A stretch of 34,392 nucleotides of DNA from Spirogloea muscicola (Eukaryota), in NCBI GenBank assembly GCA_009602725.1, contig WELB01000018.1, forward strand, positions 516,768 through 551,159, in the 5' to 3' direction. Both the position numbers and the translations under genes were made by a program. Under the pieces are notes generated by a model. The model had not been told where the DNA came from, searched no databases, and saw only the letters and a program-made list of their open reading frames with translations. Below, in pieces: positions 34,349 to 34,392 of this stretch (its first letter is position 1; each line of letters opens with the position of its first letter).

Positions 34349-34392
<44 letters not shown>
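34349..34392 (+). repeat. (GCC)n trinucleotide repeat upstream of DAD1, running off the window end
   Basis: Perfect ccg/gcc run from 34349 to the end. Confidence 0.95.

Overview
GC-rich, intron-dense eukaryotic nuclear DNA. It is most likely from a streptophyte green alga or early-diverging plant; this is an inference from plant-type GALAK and GT106 genes, TTTAGGG-type repeats and short introns. Six spliced genes could be modelled by hand: a 15-exon MASE1-HisKA-HATPase-REC hybrid histidine kinase (+), galacturonokinase (-), a GT106/O-fucosyltransferase-family protein (+), TRM112 (+), an F-box protein resembling animal FBXO15 (+) and DAD1/OST2 (-). The most striking feature lies between the genes. 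All spacers except the last are packed with more than 30 (counted by eye) short, 5'-truncated, nested 3' ends of a CRE-clade-like restriction-endonuclease non-LTR retrotransposon group. They fall into at least six subfamilies that share one C-terminal peptide and end in a structured motif plus a TC-rich tail. They appear to insert into TC-rich sequence, including each other and a (GA)n microsatellite. All homology calls come from motif recognition; no searches were run.
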